DNA of 64,000 nucleotides from Octopus vulgaris (lineage: Eukaryota). The notes under the pieces are model-generated. The model was not told where the DNA came from and did no database searches. It saw only the letters and a program-made list of their open reading frames with translations. Each line of letters starts with the position of its first letter. The first letter of the stretch is position 1. This document shows positions 23,214-35,911 of this stretch, piece after piece. Made by a program: the position numbers and the translations under genes. The DNA is taken from NCBI GenBank assembly GCA_951406725.2, contig OX597817.1, positions 176,328,001 through 176,392,000 of the forward strand. Reading direction: 5' to 3'.

Positions 23214-23984
23214 CCGGAAGATTTTTACTTTCATCTCATTTCAAGATATAAAAGCTCCAAAACGAACAAAGATACACATTTTAGTCTGCTCTTCTATTTG
23301 TCCATGTCTGTTTATCCATCCAGTCCTCTCTTTTCCTCTATATCTACTTCTATACATTTATTTATCGACCTGTGTATCCCTTTACTTACAAATCGATTGA
23401 TTGATGGAGACAGAGAGTGAGAAAGTAGATAGAGACAAATAGACAGGCGAACCGGTTAACAAAAGGGAATATCAGATGTGCCCAGTGGTTCTTGTGAGAA
23501 ATGGCTAATGCAACGAGTGAAAGTCTGACGTTGTTATCATAATTATCAAAAAGTAAAAACCAGTCAAGTGCTGAAGGTCGATATAATCGACTTGCCCCTC
23601 CCTTCAAAAAACTGCTGGTCCTCTGCCAAAATTTGAAACCATTATATTTGTTATTAGAATCGTTAGCACACCAGACAAAAATGCTTCGTGGCATTTCGTC
23701 CGTCTTTATGTTCTGAGTTCAAATTCCGCCGAGATTGACTTTGCCTTTCATCCTTTTGGGAACGATAAAATAAGTGCCAGTGATACACTGGGGTCGATGT
23801 AATCGACTAGCCCCTCCTCCCCTAAAATGTCAAACCGTATGCCTACAGTCGAAAGTATTATTTTGCAGAATCCTAATCTATGAAGCTAAAAACAGAGATT
23901 TGAAGAAACAATGGGTTTTAGTGCTACGCGAAAATAATGGCCGCTCTAAGTGTTGTGTTTTCAAACACAATTTCATCCTAAGAA

Positions 23985-24270
23985 CTAGAAGTATCGCTCG
24001 GCGTTGCTCGGGTTTGTTTTGACCCTTTAGAATTGGAATTTTTGAAAAGTAAAAACTTTGCATTATGTAGCTTGTTATTCTCTTTAAGTGAATATTTTTC
24101 TGGTTGAAATACACCAAAAAATGGCGACACAGCAGTCAAAAAATCGTAAAAGATAGGGATTTTCATAGAAAAAAAGCACCTTTTTGATGTAAATAATTTT
24201 TGGTGTTAACATGGTCCAATTTGAATTTTTCTTCTACGGAAGGAAGAGCAAGCCTTCTTCTATCATACAA
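23985..24270 (-). mobile_element. Possible non-autonomous Helitron-like fragment (3' terminus)
   Basis: The minus strand ends CCCGAGCAACGCCGAGCGATACTT-CTAG|T: an imperfect GC-rich hairpin shortly before CTAG followed by T, the Helitron 3' signature. Confidence 0.4.
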
Positions 24271-25000
24271 ATATATTTGTTAGTGTTAACACCATTGTAG
24301 GATAGAAAAAGAATATGTTTTAATTGATTATAGGTCCTAGATTAGCATTTAAGATGTTTTGGAAAGAAATTTTTGTCTGTATGAAAAATAACTTGTATTT
24401 CTTGTACAAAAAGTACTGTAGAATCAATCAGCTGAGTAGAGAAATGGCAGTTTATTAGCTGATAGTTTTATTTTTTTATTTTTACATTCTACTTTTTAAA
24501 AAACAAAAAGACATCAAAGTCCAATACTTGGGTTTCTGTCGGATTCAAATTTACAAAAGTGTAGACATTGATGACGGGGATGAAAATAGCAAATTTCAAT
24601 TAATATGTCTGTGTAAATTTGGTATTGATTTGTGTATGTATGTATGTATGTGTGTGTGTGTGTGTGTGTGTGTGCATACATATAGTTTCCATATAAAAAC
24701 ATACACCTATATGCAGAAATATACAATCTTACATTTATAATGTTAAATAATGTCTGTGTGCGTGTGTGTGTGTGTGTATAATGTATGTATATACATTCAA
24801 ATTCACATTAAAAAAAACACCTACATATACAATATAATCTAATGAATCTAAATCTGGATTGTTTAAAATCTTTAATAGTGTTTTGAAAATAAGTTTTAGA
24901 TTCATTATCTGAATGATATGCAGATGGTTGTAACCAGAATCTTCTGAGCACATCTGTATTATAAAGATGAATGTTAACCAGTGATTATGATGTGAATGGT

Positions 25001-25174
25001 TCAAGAAATAGTGATGACTACTTTGTTGGGCCGTTTCAGCTGGCTTTCTCGTACCAATGCTGCTAACATGCTGTTTTCATTCATTAATAATTCAGAAGCT
25101 TTATCAAATTCCACAATTCTACCTTGATCTAATACCATAACACGGTCATAATCATTTAGATGAGTCAGATGATG
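25001..25174 (-). CDS. ABCC (SUR/ABCC8-9-like) gene, terminal coding exon: HHLTHLNDYDRVMVLDQGRIVEFDKASELL...VITIS*
   Basis: Acceptor tttactttccag, 58 codons including TGA, and the typical ABCC C-terminal pattern (DRVMVLDQGRIVEFD). Confidence 0.9.
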   Translation of the reverse strand, partial: HHLTHLNDYDRVMVLDQGRIVEFDKASELLMNENSMLAALVRESQLKRPNKVVITIS

Positions 25175-25439
25175 CTGGAAAGTAAAGAAAACATCACATA
25201 TAATGACAGAATTAAGAATCAAAAGGCATCTCCAATACCATAATACACCACACACACTTAGTGTTCCCACAATGCAATACTACACATCACCTTACGCAAT
25301 ATAACTCTATCCACAATGTTGCCACAACATGTGTGCATGCACACATATCACCTTTTATAATATATCTTAAAGGACCAAGATGCTTGACACCTCACTGTAC
25401 TCAAGAAGGCCCATACCCCACAGCAGAAGCAATAAGGCT

Positions 25440-25660
25440 GCTCCCTCTGGTGAAGATGATTTACCTGCAAGAGTCTTGTGCAGTACCACATAAAAACACC
25501 CAGCATATTCTGTAAAGTGGTTGGTGTTAGGAAGGTCATCCAGCTGTAGAAACCATAGCAAGTCAGACTGCAGTCTGGTGCAGTTCTCCAACTTGCCAGC
25601 TCTGGTCAAACCATCCAATTCATGCCAGCAGGGAAAACAGACGTTAAATAACAATGATGA
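25440..25660 (+). mobile_element. Old, degraded RTE-type 3' end in ABCC intron
   Basis: GTGGTTGGTGTTAGGAAGGTCATCCAGCTGTAGAAAC ... GACGTTAAATAACAATGATGA matches the RTE tail at 10400-10545. Confidence 0.65.
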
Positions 25661-26076
25661 TCTTAACCCTACATAATACCCAGATTATTTGAAATTATCA
25701 CGCTGTCCCTAAACTTTGTGTCCCACCAGTAAATGATGGTCTCAGGTTAATGTTTCCATCTGTGAATCATTCCTTACCATTTTAGGAGCAACCTTCAGTT
25801 CTAAAGAGCTGCCTACACACAATTGAGTCTTTCAACTTGGAAGACAACATGGCTTCTGTTTGTTAACACTTAAGAATGAACAAGCTAATTTATCAACAAG
25901 GTACAGGAATTACTATAATTAATGGGAGTGTGGAGAAGCAAAGGATAATTTAAGAATTGAATTAGAATTTAATAACAATTGGTTAGTAAGAGGACTTAGT
26001 CTAAAATTCATTTGAAGGAGGAGAGATATAGTAAAATGTTTTTTTTTATGAAGGAATAACATTTTAAAGAGTATTG

Positions 26077-26183
26077 TGGACTCATCAATAAGGGATTGGA
26101 TTCACAAATAAGGGGTTGGACTCACCAGTAAGGGGTTGGACTCACCAGTAAGGGGTTAGATGCATCAGTAAGGGGTTTGACTA
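26077..26183. repeat. 20-bp intronic minisatellite (~5 copies)
   Basis: AAGGGGTTGGACTCACCAGT and variants in tandem. Confidence 0.8.
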
Positions 26184-26536
26184 AAACTACAAGTCAATGG
26201 ACTGGACACTTTTGCCAGCACAAATCCTTCTGCCCTGGATCAGCTGACATTCTGCATATTTGACAGCATTGTTGATTTACATTGCTGTGTTCAAATCTTA
26301 CCTTTGCTGTGGTTTGAAGAAATACTTGTCAAGCTATACACAATGCCTCCAAATCTACACACACACACACACACTCACACACACATACACATGCACAATG
26401 TAGGAGGCACTTACATATGTGCTAAGGAAATTTGAGTTATTTCAATGAATATATGTTTAAATAATTGGTTTTAAAATAAATTTAAGTTAATACAATCCTT
26501 TAATATATTCAGGATTTGAAAATAAAGTTCACTCAC

Positions 26537-26683
26537 CAAAGTCACAAGAACGGTGGAATCCCTGAACACAGTGTGGATGAGGTCCTGAATGGTTTCCTCC
26601 ATCAAGGCATCATCGTTGGTGTGTTCCTGCTCCACAATAACTATTTTACTGTCTCTCATATAAGCTTGAGCAAAACAGAAAAG
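26537..26683 (-). CDS. ABCC gene exon (Walker B region): LFCFAQAYMRDSKIVIVEQEHTNDD...FRDSTVLVTL
   Basis: tttacag acceptor, gtgagt donor, 147 nt, phase 0/0. Aligns to the SUR pattern QLFCLARAF...IMDEATASID...FADRTVVTIAH. Confidence 0.9.
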
Positions 26684-26877
26684 CTGTAAAAGAAACAAGG
26701 ATTACATATATTTAAGTCACACACATAATGAGGAAACTTTCCCAGGGAGTCAAACACAATGACTGTACAAGGTTGGTTTTGAACATACGATCTTGTGGTC
26801 AATTATTTAATCTAATACCTTCATGTAATAAACATCGGCTAAAGGAAATGAACAATTAAAACATTTGAAAATCTCAC

Positions 26878-26927
26878 CTGTCTTTGGCCAATAGTAAATT
26901 CCTTGCCTTCATGGAGGACAACAGTTT
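26878..26927 (-). CDS. ABCC gene exon (ABC signature region): (E)TVVLHEGKEFTIGQRQ
   Basis: ctctccacag acceptor, gtgaga donor, 50 nt. The phases fit both neighbours. Not in the ORF track. Confidence 0.9.
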
Positions 26928-28835
26928 CTGTGGAGAGAAATATCACTGGTAAAAATAACCATATAAACGATAATTTCAACTGTTTGGGCACAAATTACAA
27001 GCTACATCTGACAGTGTTTAGGGTAACACAGATTAGAGGCTAGAGGTAAGTGTTTGAGATAACACAGATTATGGGATATCTAGCTTACAACATTTGGGGT
27101 AACACAGATTACAGAATTCAGACAAAATAGTGTTCAATATTAAGGGCAACTTCGACTGTGTACTTCTGAGTGTCTCTTTGAAATGTTAAGCAGTTATACA
27201 GGAAATCCTAATTAACCACATTGAAGGGGTCTCATGGTTATAGCTGCTAAAAGAGAGTACCCAGATATAATATAAAGTGCTGACAGGGGCAGCCTTAACC
27301 TTGCAGAAACTCTGTGTGTGTGTCTGCATGCGCGCGCACACACACAATAAACACAGATAGGTTATTGTTTATTCTTCACCTAACTTGGAACCTTCCATGC
27401 ATTTGGATCTGGAGTTTGTGCAGTGAGTGTACCCCCGTGTGACTTTGAATGCATACTGTGTATTCTGTAAGTACTTGTGTGTGTGTGCATAACTGGAAGG
27501 ACAAATCCATATTTACTTTAGTAAGTATGTACATGTCAATATCCCCAACTCTACCTTGCTGCTTTTGCTATCTAAATACTCTGATTCCACCAAATCCTGA
27601 AAATTTTAATTCTATATAAATATATATATACAGATAGATGGGTGTGTTGTGATCGTGAGATAAATATTAGTATGGAATACCAAAAAAAGAAAAAAAAAGT
27701 CTTTCTAATGACTACAACTTGCACTTGTTTTCGACACAATGATAGGTGCACCATATACCCCATTCCATCATCCATTAGTGTTCTAAGTTCTTCATCAATC
27801 ATAGCAGCATTGCATTTCATTAGTTTTGACCATGGTCTTGGAAGGACACTCCACAGTTCATCATGCCATGTGTCAATTTGGCTGGTGAGCAACCCTGGCT
27901 GCCTCAAACAATGACTTTATTAAACAGCAACTATTGTCTTATTTGTCAACTGAAATAAGGTTGCTACAGAGTTATTTACTGGTCATTTTCTGCAATTTGA
28001 GTGAGCTTCAAGAGATGCTAGGGACTTAGTGAGGGTCCAGGTTTCTCATCCATAAAAAAAGATTGCTGCAACTATGAAAATTCACTGGCTGTAAGTCCAG
28101 ATAGGCTTCATTTCATTGAATTTACTTTCTAGCTAAGGCCTCTGTGTATTTTGCTGTCCATTTATGTTCTTGCTACTAGTGAACTGTGGTCAGTTAATTA
28201 TCAGGACACAAAAACCAATTGAATGGTTTCAACAGAGAGAAAATTGACCTACATTCATAAGGCAACTATGTTCACCAAACCCATTTCTTCTCCATAAGTA
28301 GAACCAGTTACCAATGAGTTCTGCAATGGCTTTTTAAGACCAATGAGGGAATTCTACCTGCTAGAAATAACAGCCAAATCTCCCCTCCAATTACACCCTA
28401 ACATGTGAACAAAAGAAAAGTACATTAATATTATAACAGACCTCTCTATGAAGATCATGATTTGAACAACTAAGATAAAGGTTGACCTGGGGCTAAACAA
28501 CAACAGCAGATGTAAGCTTCCCTGTCTACCTTTGGTTTAATGTCCAAATTAATGAAATTCCTCCGAGTAACGAACTGCTGACTGAGAATAATAACAGGAA
28601 ACCCTTCAGAATGTGTTACATTCAATCAACATATTTAAGTGTCAAAGTAGTTTAAAATGTCTTCTCAGAGATCTTAATCAGGTTAATCAGCTGTTGAAAG
28701 TATATGTAAGATCAGTTTGGAGTTTACCTATGAGGGTCAGTTTGACATTATATATAACAAAAGGAAGGTGTGTGTGTGATTATTGATGTGTCAAGCAATG
28801 GCAATCCTAAAAATACAACATCTCTATCAACATAC

Positions 28836-28918
28836 CCAGTTTATGGGGAAGCTCTTGAACTGTGCTTTTCATTTGAACTGCATTCAAAGCTTCCCAAATC
28901 TCTGGATCGAGATTGAAC
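28836..28918 (-). CDS. ABCC gene exon: (R)FNLDPEIWEALNAVQMKSTVQELPHKL(E)
   Basis: gtttttcag acceptor, gtatg donor, 83 nt, phase 2/1. Contains the NLDP and IWEAL motifs. Confidence 0.9.
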
Positions 28919-29520
28919 CTGAAAAACAAAACATTTCTGACATCGGCATTAACTGACTCTCTTTATGTTTGCTTGGTTTTAGTTTAATACAGGTTTACTT
29001 AATATACAAATTCATAGATTTACACAAGTTGTTCAAACTGTTATTTTAATAAAATTTGATAATGCTTCATTTGAGTAGAAGCTTAACTGTGTCTTAAGTT
29101 TAAAGTGACAGGCTAGATGTATCTGGCATATTTGAGCTATGACATTTGGCCAGTTATTTCTGTATCTACTTCAACACAGTTTCAAATTCCAGAATCTATT
29201 CATACCTCAACCCTGAACCTCAGTGGTTTTATACTCACCTCTGATAAAGTATGTATTTCTACAGCAACAAATCAATCAGTTAGTAATCTGCCACTCTATC
29301 CAATTTAGCAGTTCGTCTCTTTAGCTAATTTACTATTTACTCCTAAAGTATTACTCAAAGAAGATTAAAATTTTTGTGAAAAGCTGAACAACTGCAAATG
29401 TAAACACAGATTCCATTTGGTCCACATCACAGTTTTACAATGATAGATACAATTTATAGAGACAGACAACATGTTGAGTTTGGAATAATGTAGATTTGAA
29501 ATGATGAATGAGAAACTCAC

Positions 29521-29708
29521 CTGACTGTTCTGTCAAACATGATTGGGTCGTGGGGTACAATGGAAAGACGAGATCTCAGAACTTGGGACGGCACAACTGA
29601 TATGTCCTGATAGTTTATCAAGATCTTTCCTTCATGTACATGGATCATCTTGAATAAGGATAAGATGAGAGATGATCGCCCACTCCCAGCATGTCCACAG
29701 AAGGCCAC
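29521..29708 (-). CDS. ABCC gene exon (Walker A to Q-loop): VAFCGHAGSGRSSL...LRSRLSIVPHDPIMFDRTV(R)
   Basis: tatttcaag acceptor, gtgagt donor, 188 nt, phase 0/2. The LRSRLSI motif is typical of SUR/MRP NBD2. Confidence 0.92.
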
Positions 29709-30516
29709 CTTGAAATATAGAAAAACAACAAACTGCTGTGTAACTGGCAGCAATAGAAGGAACACACACAACCACTGTCACCATGACTAACCACCTCTAG
29801 ACTAGTCATCATCCCAGCACTAACATTACTAAATATAACCATCAACATCTTCAGCATCACTCCACCTTTGCATAACATACACAAACCAACAAAAGAGCTG
29901 ATGTGTGGTCACGTGACCAGCTAGATAGGGGTAATGTCACATGACCAGCTAGATAGGGTAATGTCACATGATCATGTGATTGACCAAACTACTGAATGTT
30001 ATACATCACTGGTCACAATGCACCTTGCATTGTTTTAGCTTTCGAATTATGATCGGAAGGCTTGTCCATCATGGGGTTATTCATTTACAATTGTATAGAC
30101 TAGAGCAATATGAAATGAAGTGTTCCTAATCTGGGAATTCAACCCACTACCTAGCAATTGTAAGTGCAACACCCTAACCACTAGCTCACATACCCTCACA
30201 GATATAGTAATATAATCTTCCTGAAATAACACACTACCATCAAGACATACATTATTTCTGAAAAAAAAAAATGACAGGTGGAACATCTTTGATCAAAAGT
30301 TTGTTTGATCAGGGTTATATATATATCGCATATCCCACAATATTACCAGACAAAGCTTTAAGCTATCCACCATCTTTACAGTAAGTCCTTCTCTACCAGT
30401 TCTTGCTAGTTGTATGGAGAGGAATCACTCCCAAAGAAATGATCAGTTATTACCACAGCGTAAGTCTGTAATTAACCACCTCTACCATCACCATCACAAA
30501 CAACAAGATTTGTTAC

Positions 30517-30647
30517 CTTTTCCGCATCTTTTATAGTAAAAGTGGCATCCATAACAGCGGGGCTCTGTTCAGGATCATAGTTTAAGGCAATATGTTGAAA
30601 TTCAATGTCACCAACATCTGGCCAAGACTCAGGTACCTCAATGCAAT
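30517..30647 (-). CDS. ABCC gene exon (start of NBD2): CIEVPESWPDVGDIEFQHIALNYDPEQSPAVMDATFTIKDAEK
   Basis: tatattacag acceptor, gtaaca donor, 131 nt, phase 1/0. Matches the WPxxGxIEF...Y...EK pattern that opens ABCC NBD2. Confidence 0.9.
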
Positions 30648-31219
30648 CTGTAATATAAAGACAAAAGCGAAATAACATTTTAGAATAAAGGCAAGTTAGA
30701 TACTAAACTCTAATTTTAAAAAATACATAATTAATCTATTTGACTAAAATAGCATTTCTACTTTGCAAACAATAATTTAGGGAGGGAGTTTTGTAGGAGT
30801 ATTGCTACATTCCATTGACAATATATAATTTGCTTCACAAATCCCTACAAATAACCGACCTTCCCTAATTATCCAATTTATATTCGATTTAAAGAAATGG
30901 ACTGAAGAAAATCTATGTCCACCTGATGAAACTCTTCAAGTAGAAGAGTATCAATAGTTGGCTCTTCTGATACTATTAAATTCTCAAACAAAATTTCTTT
31001 TTAGAAGCTATTTAATCCTACCAACTTGCACAGCACATACAACTGTATTGCCTTCTGATGATAAGACAGTCAAATGTTTCAACTCAAATGTCTTAGTTTT
31101 GCTCTTACAAATAATGTTGCATGTTTCCAACATGGATAATCTTATTTATGTGATGTGAAATGTGGTGTCATCACATCAGCATCATTTTTTTTGTTTTTTT
31201 TGTTTCCCATGTTGACATA

Positions 31220-32150
31220 AATTGCGCAAGATACCCAAATCCTACCAATTGTCAGTGGGTGATATATGGGGACTTTTAAGATGGTTAATTTTCTCTGGAG
31301 CAACAAAGTGGATACACCAAATATCCATGCTTTTTATGTAGGTGGAACGGCAGAGGGAAAAACATTGGCTGATCAAAGAATGACCACAGTGAAGATTAGT
31401 TCCAGGATCTTTTAATGTCGTTGAAAAGCCTTTTTAGTTCAACTGGGAAAAATCATCCTACCTCCACTCCATATCAAACTTGGCATTTGTTAGAATTCAG
31501 GATAAAGATGGAACTTTCACTATTTATGCAGCAGATTTCCGAATCTGAGAAGTGAAAGATAAAAGCTGACATATTTTGATGGATCTCAAATCAGAAAATT
31601 AGTGAAAGATGGGAACTTTGTAAATTCAATGAATTGCACTGAAGCATCAATATGGAATTCATTTGTAATAGCTGTAAAAGAATTTCTGGGCAACAAGTAA
31701 GCAGCCAACTGTACCGAAATAGTCAACAACAAGCTAGAGAACTTGCAAAAGTTAGGAGCAAAATATGATCATAAGGCTGCACTATCTCCACAGTGACTTT
31801 GATGAATTCCCTGAAAATCTTGGTGACACAAATAGGGAAGATATTCCTATCAGGACATAAAAATCAATGGAATAATGGTGGATGGCACTTGCATATGATG
31901 GTGGACTATTGCTGGAACTTAGTTCAAGATCTCCCTCAAGTTCAGCACTCAAGAAAATCATCCAAACTACAAATTCATGGGTAATTAGACATAAACAATG
32001 ATGTAATTTGTCTATATGGATTTAAAGACTTTTACTAGATTTTCAACTGAATTTTAAGAAAGCATTCTGGTTTTGATGTGATGGTAATAAATGGATATAA
32101 TTATCAGATTCCATATCTCAAAAAACCCCTAGTTCAGGTCCAAAATTTTT
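31220..32150 (+). mobile_element. Decayed DNA transposon, Chapaev3 (CMC)-like transposase remnant
   Basis: Frameshifted pieces read GYTKYPCFLC, IILPPLHIKLG, FDGSQIRKL, KEFLGNK, LHYLHS, FPENLGD and MMVDYCW. The order and the C2C / LH / H-x-H motifs fit Chapaev3-type transposases. Confidence 0.7.
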
Positions 32151-32194
32151 GACAAGAGATAAAAATATTTTGTTGGCTTGTGTTATGTGTGTAT

Positions 32195-32271
<77 letters not shown>

Positions 32272-32317
32272 CATACATACATACATACATACATACATAC
32301 ATACATACATACATACA

Positions 32318-32350
<33 letters not shown>

Positions 32351-32835
32351 GTATGTGTGTGCATGTATCTGTGCACACACACATATTTTTAAAACTTTCC
32401 AACTGATTAGTATATATTCCAGTTGTTTACATTCTGAATTCAAATCCTGTCTTGAGCCTTAACCTGTCATTCAGTTTAATGCCACCACTTTAGGGGAGTC
32501 AACTCAGTTCAGGCTAGCCCGTCCCCCAGTTTGGAAACCCCGGCCCATGATTCTCAGAGGCCTTGTAAAAGATCATGGACACTGCTTTCCTCCTATTAAA
32601 GAAGTTAAAAAGAAACACACACACACACACACTTTTGAATTTACAATTAAATTTTTTTTCAAAAAGTACTCAAAACAAAATTAGAGTGTGTATATTTAAA
32701 TCGTCCTTTCGTTGTTGCAGATTTTTAATGCACATAACTATCATGATACTGACAACAATGTTGTGATTGTTACATAATAAATACTTTAAAAAAGAAATTT
32801 AATTTAGATTCGATGAGAAATATATTCTAAATGTA

Positions 32836-33005
32836 GGCACAGGAGTGGCTGTGTGGTAAGTATCTTGCTTACCAACCACATGGTTCCGGGTTCAGTCCCA
32901 CTGCGTGATACCTTGGGCAAGTGTCTTCTACTATAGCCTCGGGCCGACCAAAGCCTTGTGAGTGGATTTGGTAGACGGAAACTGAAAGAAACCCGTCGTA
33001 TATAT
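32836..33005 (+). mobile_element. SINE family A 5' half (its 3' half is at 34901-35130)
   Basis: The head matches 4501-4665, and the element resumes after the RTE insertion. Confidence 0.85.
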
Positions 33006-33027
33006 GCATATATGTATATATATATAT

Positions 33028-34900
33028 ATCATCATCATCGTTTAACGTCCGTTCTCCGCGCTAGCACGGGTTGGACGGTTCGACGGGGGTCTGGGAAGCC
33101 AGGGGCTGCACCAGGCTCCAGTCTGATCTGGCAGTGTTTCTACAGCTGGATGCCCTTCCTAACGCCAACCACTCCGCGAGTGTAGTGGGTGCTTTTTACG
33201 TGCCACCGGCACAGGTGCCAGGGGAGTCTGGCATCATCCACGATCGGTTGGTGCTTTTAACGTGCCACCGGCACGGAAGCCAGTCAAGGTGGCGCTGGCA
33301 TCGGCCACGTTCGGATGGTGCTTTTTATGTGCCACCGGCACGGAAGCCAGTCAAGGTGGCGCTGGCATCGGCCACGTTCGGATGGTGCTTTTTATGTGCC
33401 ACCGACACAGGTATCACAATTACTATTTCCATTGATATTTATTTCGATGTTCATGTACTTGAATCAATAGGTCTCCTCAAGCACAGCGGGATGTTCTGGT
33501 ATCCAAGGTACTTTGAATGGGCAGGGGCTATGCGGGACTGGTGCAGGAAGCAGCCCGGGTCTTTGCAGTCACAGCATATCTCCAGAGATCTCGGTCCTTT
33601 GTCATTGCCTCTGTGAGGCCCAACGCTCTGAGGTCATGCTTGACTACCTCATCCCATGTCTTCCTGGGTCTTCCTCTCCCCCTAATACCTTCAACTGTTT
33701 GGGAGCGGCACTTCTTCACACATCTCTCCTCATCCATCTGCAGTACATGACCATACCATCACAAGCGTTGCTCTTGCACACCACATTTGATGCTTCTTAT
33801 GTCCAGCATTTCTCTCAGGGTGCTTACCCTCTGTCGTGCACGCACACTGACATTACACAACCAGCGGATCATGCTAGCTTCATTCTTTTCAAGTCTACGC
33901 ATGTCCTCTGCAGTCACAGCCCATGTTTCACTACCGTGAAACATGGCAGTTTGCACACATGCATCATACAATCTACCTTTCACTCTGAGCGAGAGACCCT
34001 TTGTCGCCAGTAGGGGTAGGAGCTTTCTAAACTTTGCCCAGGCTATTCGTATTCTAGTGGTGACACTCTCTGAGCATCCACCTCCACTACTAACTTGGTC
34101 ACCCAGGTAGCGGAAACTATCAACTACTTCTAGTTTCTCCTCTTGGAGTGTGATGGAATCTGTTTTCTGAGTATCTGTGGTGTCTATTGTCCCTGTGCAT
34201 CTGCCGCACATGAAAGCTATCTTATCAGTTAATTTCCCTTTGATGTTGCTGCACCTCTTATGCGTCCATAGCTTACACTGGGTACATCTTATGGAGTTTC
34301 TACCTACGACTTTCCTACAGATCGAGCAGGGCCACCTGCCCGAGGGGGTGTGTGCTGAGTTCGCCTTTCTGCTCACTATAACTTTGGTCTTTGCTACATT
34401 TACTCTAAGGCCCTTTGATTCTAACCCTTGCTTCCACACCCGCAATTTCTTTTCTAGTTCCGGTAGTGATTCTGCTATGAGAGCCAGGTCATCAGCATAG
34501 AGGAGCTCCCAGGGGCAACCTGCTTTGAATTCCTCTGTTATTGCCTGGAGGACTATGATGAATAAAAGGGGACTGAGGGCTGAGCCTTGGTGTACACCTA
34601 CTTCTACCCGGAATTCTTCACTATATTCGTTGCCAATTCTAACCTTGCTAACAGCCTCTCTATATAGGGCCTGTACAGCCCTTATTAGCCATTCATCAAT
34701 CTCCAGTTTCCACATCGACCACCAGATAAGGGATCGGGGGACCCTGTCAAAGGCTTTCTCCAAGTCCACAAAAGCTATGTAGAGGGGTTTATCTTTAGCT
34801 AGGTATTTCTCCTGCAGTTGTCGGACCAGGAATATAGCATCAGTGGTGCTTCTACCTGGCACAAAACCGAACTGCATCTCATCTAAGCAAATTCTCTCCC
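33028..34900 (-). mobile_element. RTE-clade LINE copy 3, 5'-truncated (RT + PHD-like finger + 3' UTR), nested in a SINE
   Basis: ORFs 33759..34877(-) and 33528..33737(-) are highly similar to copy 2 (YADD, FRYLG). The 3' UTR has four GTGCCGGTGGCAC-type modules and a (GAT)n tail. It is a distinct subfamily, since the proximal UTR differs. Confidence 0.95.
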
Positions 34901-34931
<31 letters not shown>

Positions 34932-35130
34932 TCTGTGTTTGTCCCCCTAGCATTGCTTGACAACCGATGCTGGTGTGTTTATGTCCCCGTCACTTAGCGG
35001 TTTGGCAAAAGAGACCGATAGAATAGGTACTGGGCTTACAAAGAATGAGTCCCGGGGTCGAGTTACTCGATTAAAGGCGGTGCTCCAGCATGGCCGCAGT
35101 CAAATGACTGAAACAAGTAAAAGAGTAGAG
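34901..35130 (+). mobile_element. SINE family A 3' half
   Basis: Matches 4685-4898. Confidence 0.85.
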
Positions 35131-35607
35131 AGTATCATATTGTAGTTTTCTCGTCACTGTAGCAAAGAATGAATTGCTGACAGGTGGAAGGTCATCTCAC
35201 GTTTTTACTAAATCACAGAAATTGGTTTATTATAATAAAAGAGTCGACAAAGACATGGGTGCATGCATAAAGGCATTCGTTATGCTTGCACAAAATACAT
35301 GCAAACACAAGGAAACATTCACAGGTGATTGTGTTCATGCAAATACCGAAATTGGAATAAACATGCATGTAGTCCCATACACACAGACACAGAACACATG
35401 TATATACAAACCTACATACAGCCATACAAACAAACATACAAGCATACATCTGAAATTGTCAAAAAAACACTTAGCGTTTCTACATCAGACTTAAAACATT
35501 AAACTGTTTTCTACAGAAAATACACAAAAATCAAATAAAATCATATTCTAAAAATATATAGTCCTTTGTCTCCATGAAGTATGTGTGAGGTGTATGGTAG
35601 TACCATA

Positions 35608-35911
35608 TTTCTTCAAATAAGTAGCTTCCTTTGGTCATGAATGACCATGGGATGACACCTAGTAAGTTCTCCTCCGAGGCACAAGTCCAGGCAAGGTTGT
35701 TTATGGAAGACCAGCAGTCAAACATGTATACCAGCCTCCCCTCTCTACACCACCAATGTTATCCAAGGGAACGACAAAGGCCGATACAGCTTGGCACCAG
35801 TGACATTGCAATTCATATCTACAGCTCAATGAACTGGAGCAACGTGAAATAAAGTGTCTTGCTCAAGAACACAACATGCAACCCGGTCTAGGAATTGAAC
35901 TCACTACCTCA
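35608..35911 (-). mobile_element. tRNA-derived SINE (family D), diverged
   Basis: The minus strand has GAGTTCAATTCC (B box), then CTTGAGCAAGACACTTTATTTCACGTTGCTCCAG, a typical SINE post-tRNA conserved domain. Confidence 0.6.

Noticed and set aside
29907-29985. GGTCACGTGACC E-box/CLEAR-like palindrome in a short tandem duplication
   Set aside because: It is intronic and inside a small local repeat, with no independent evidence of regulatory function.
30897-30945. CTGAAGA...GAAACTC possible third hammerhead
   Set aside because: Stems I and II are weak and there is no plausible stem III, so it is compatible with chance.
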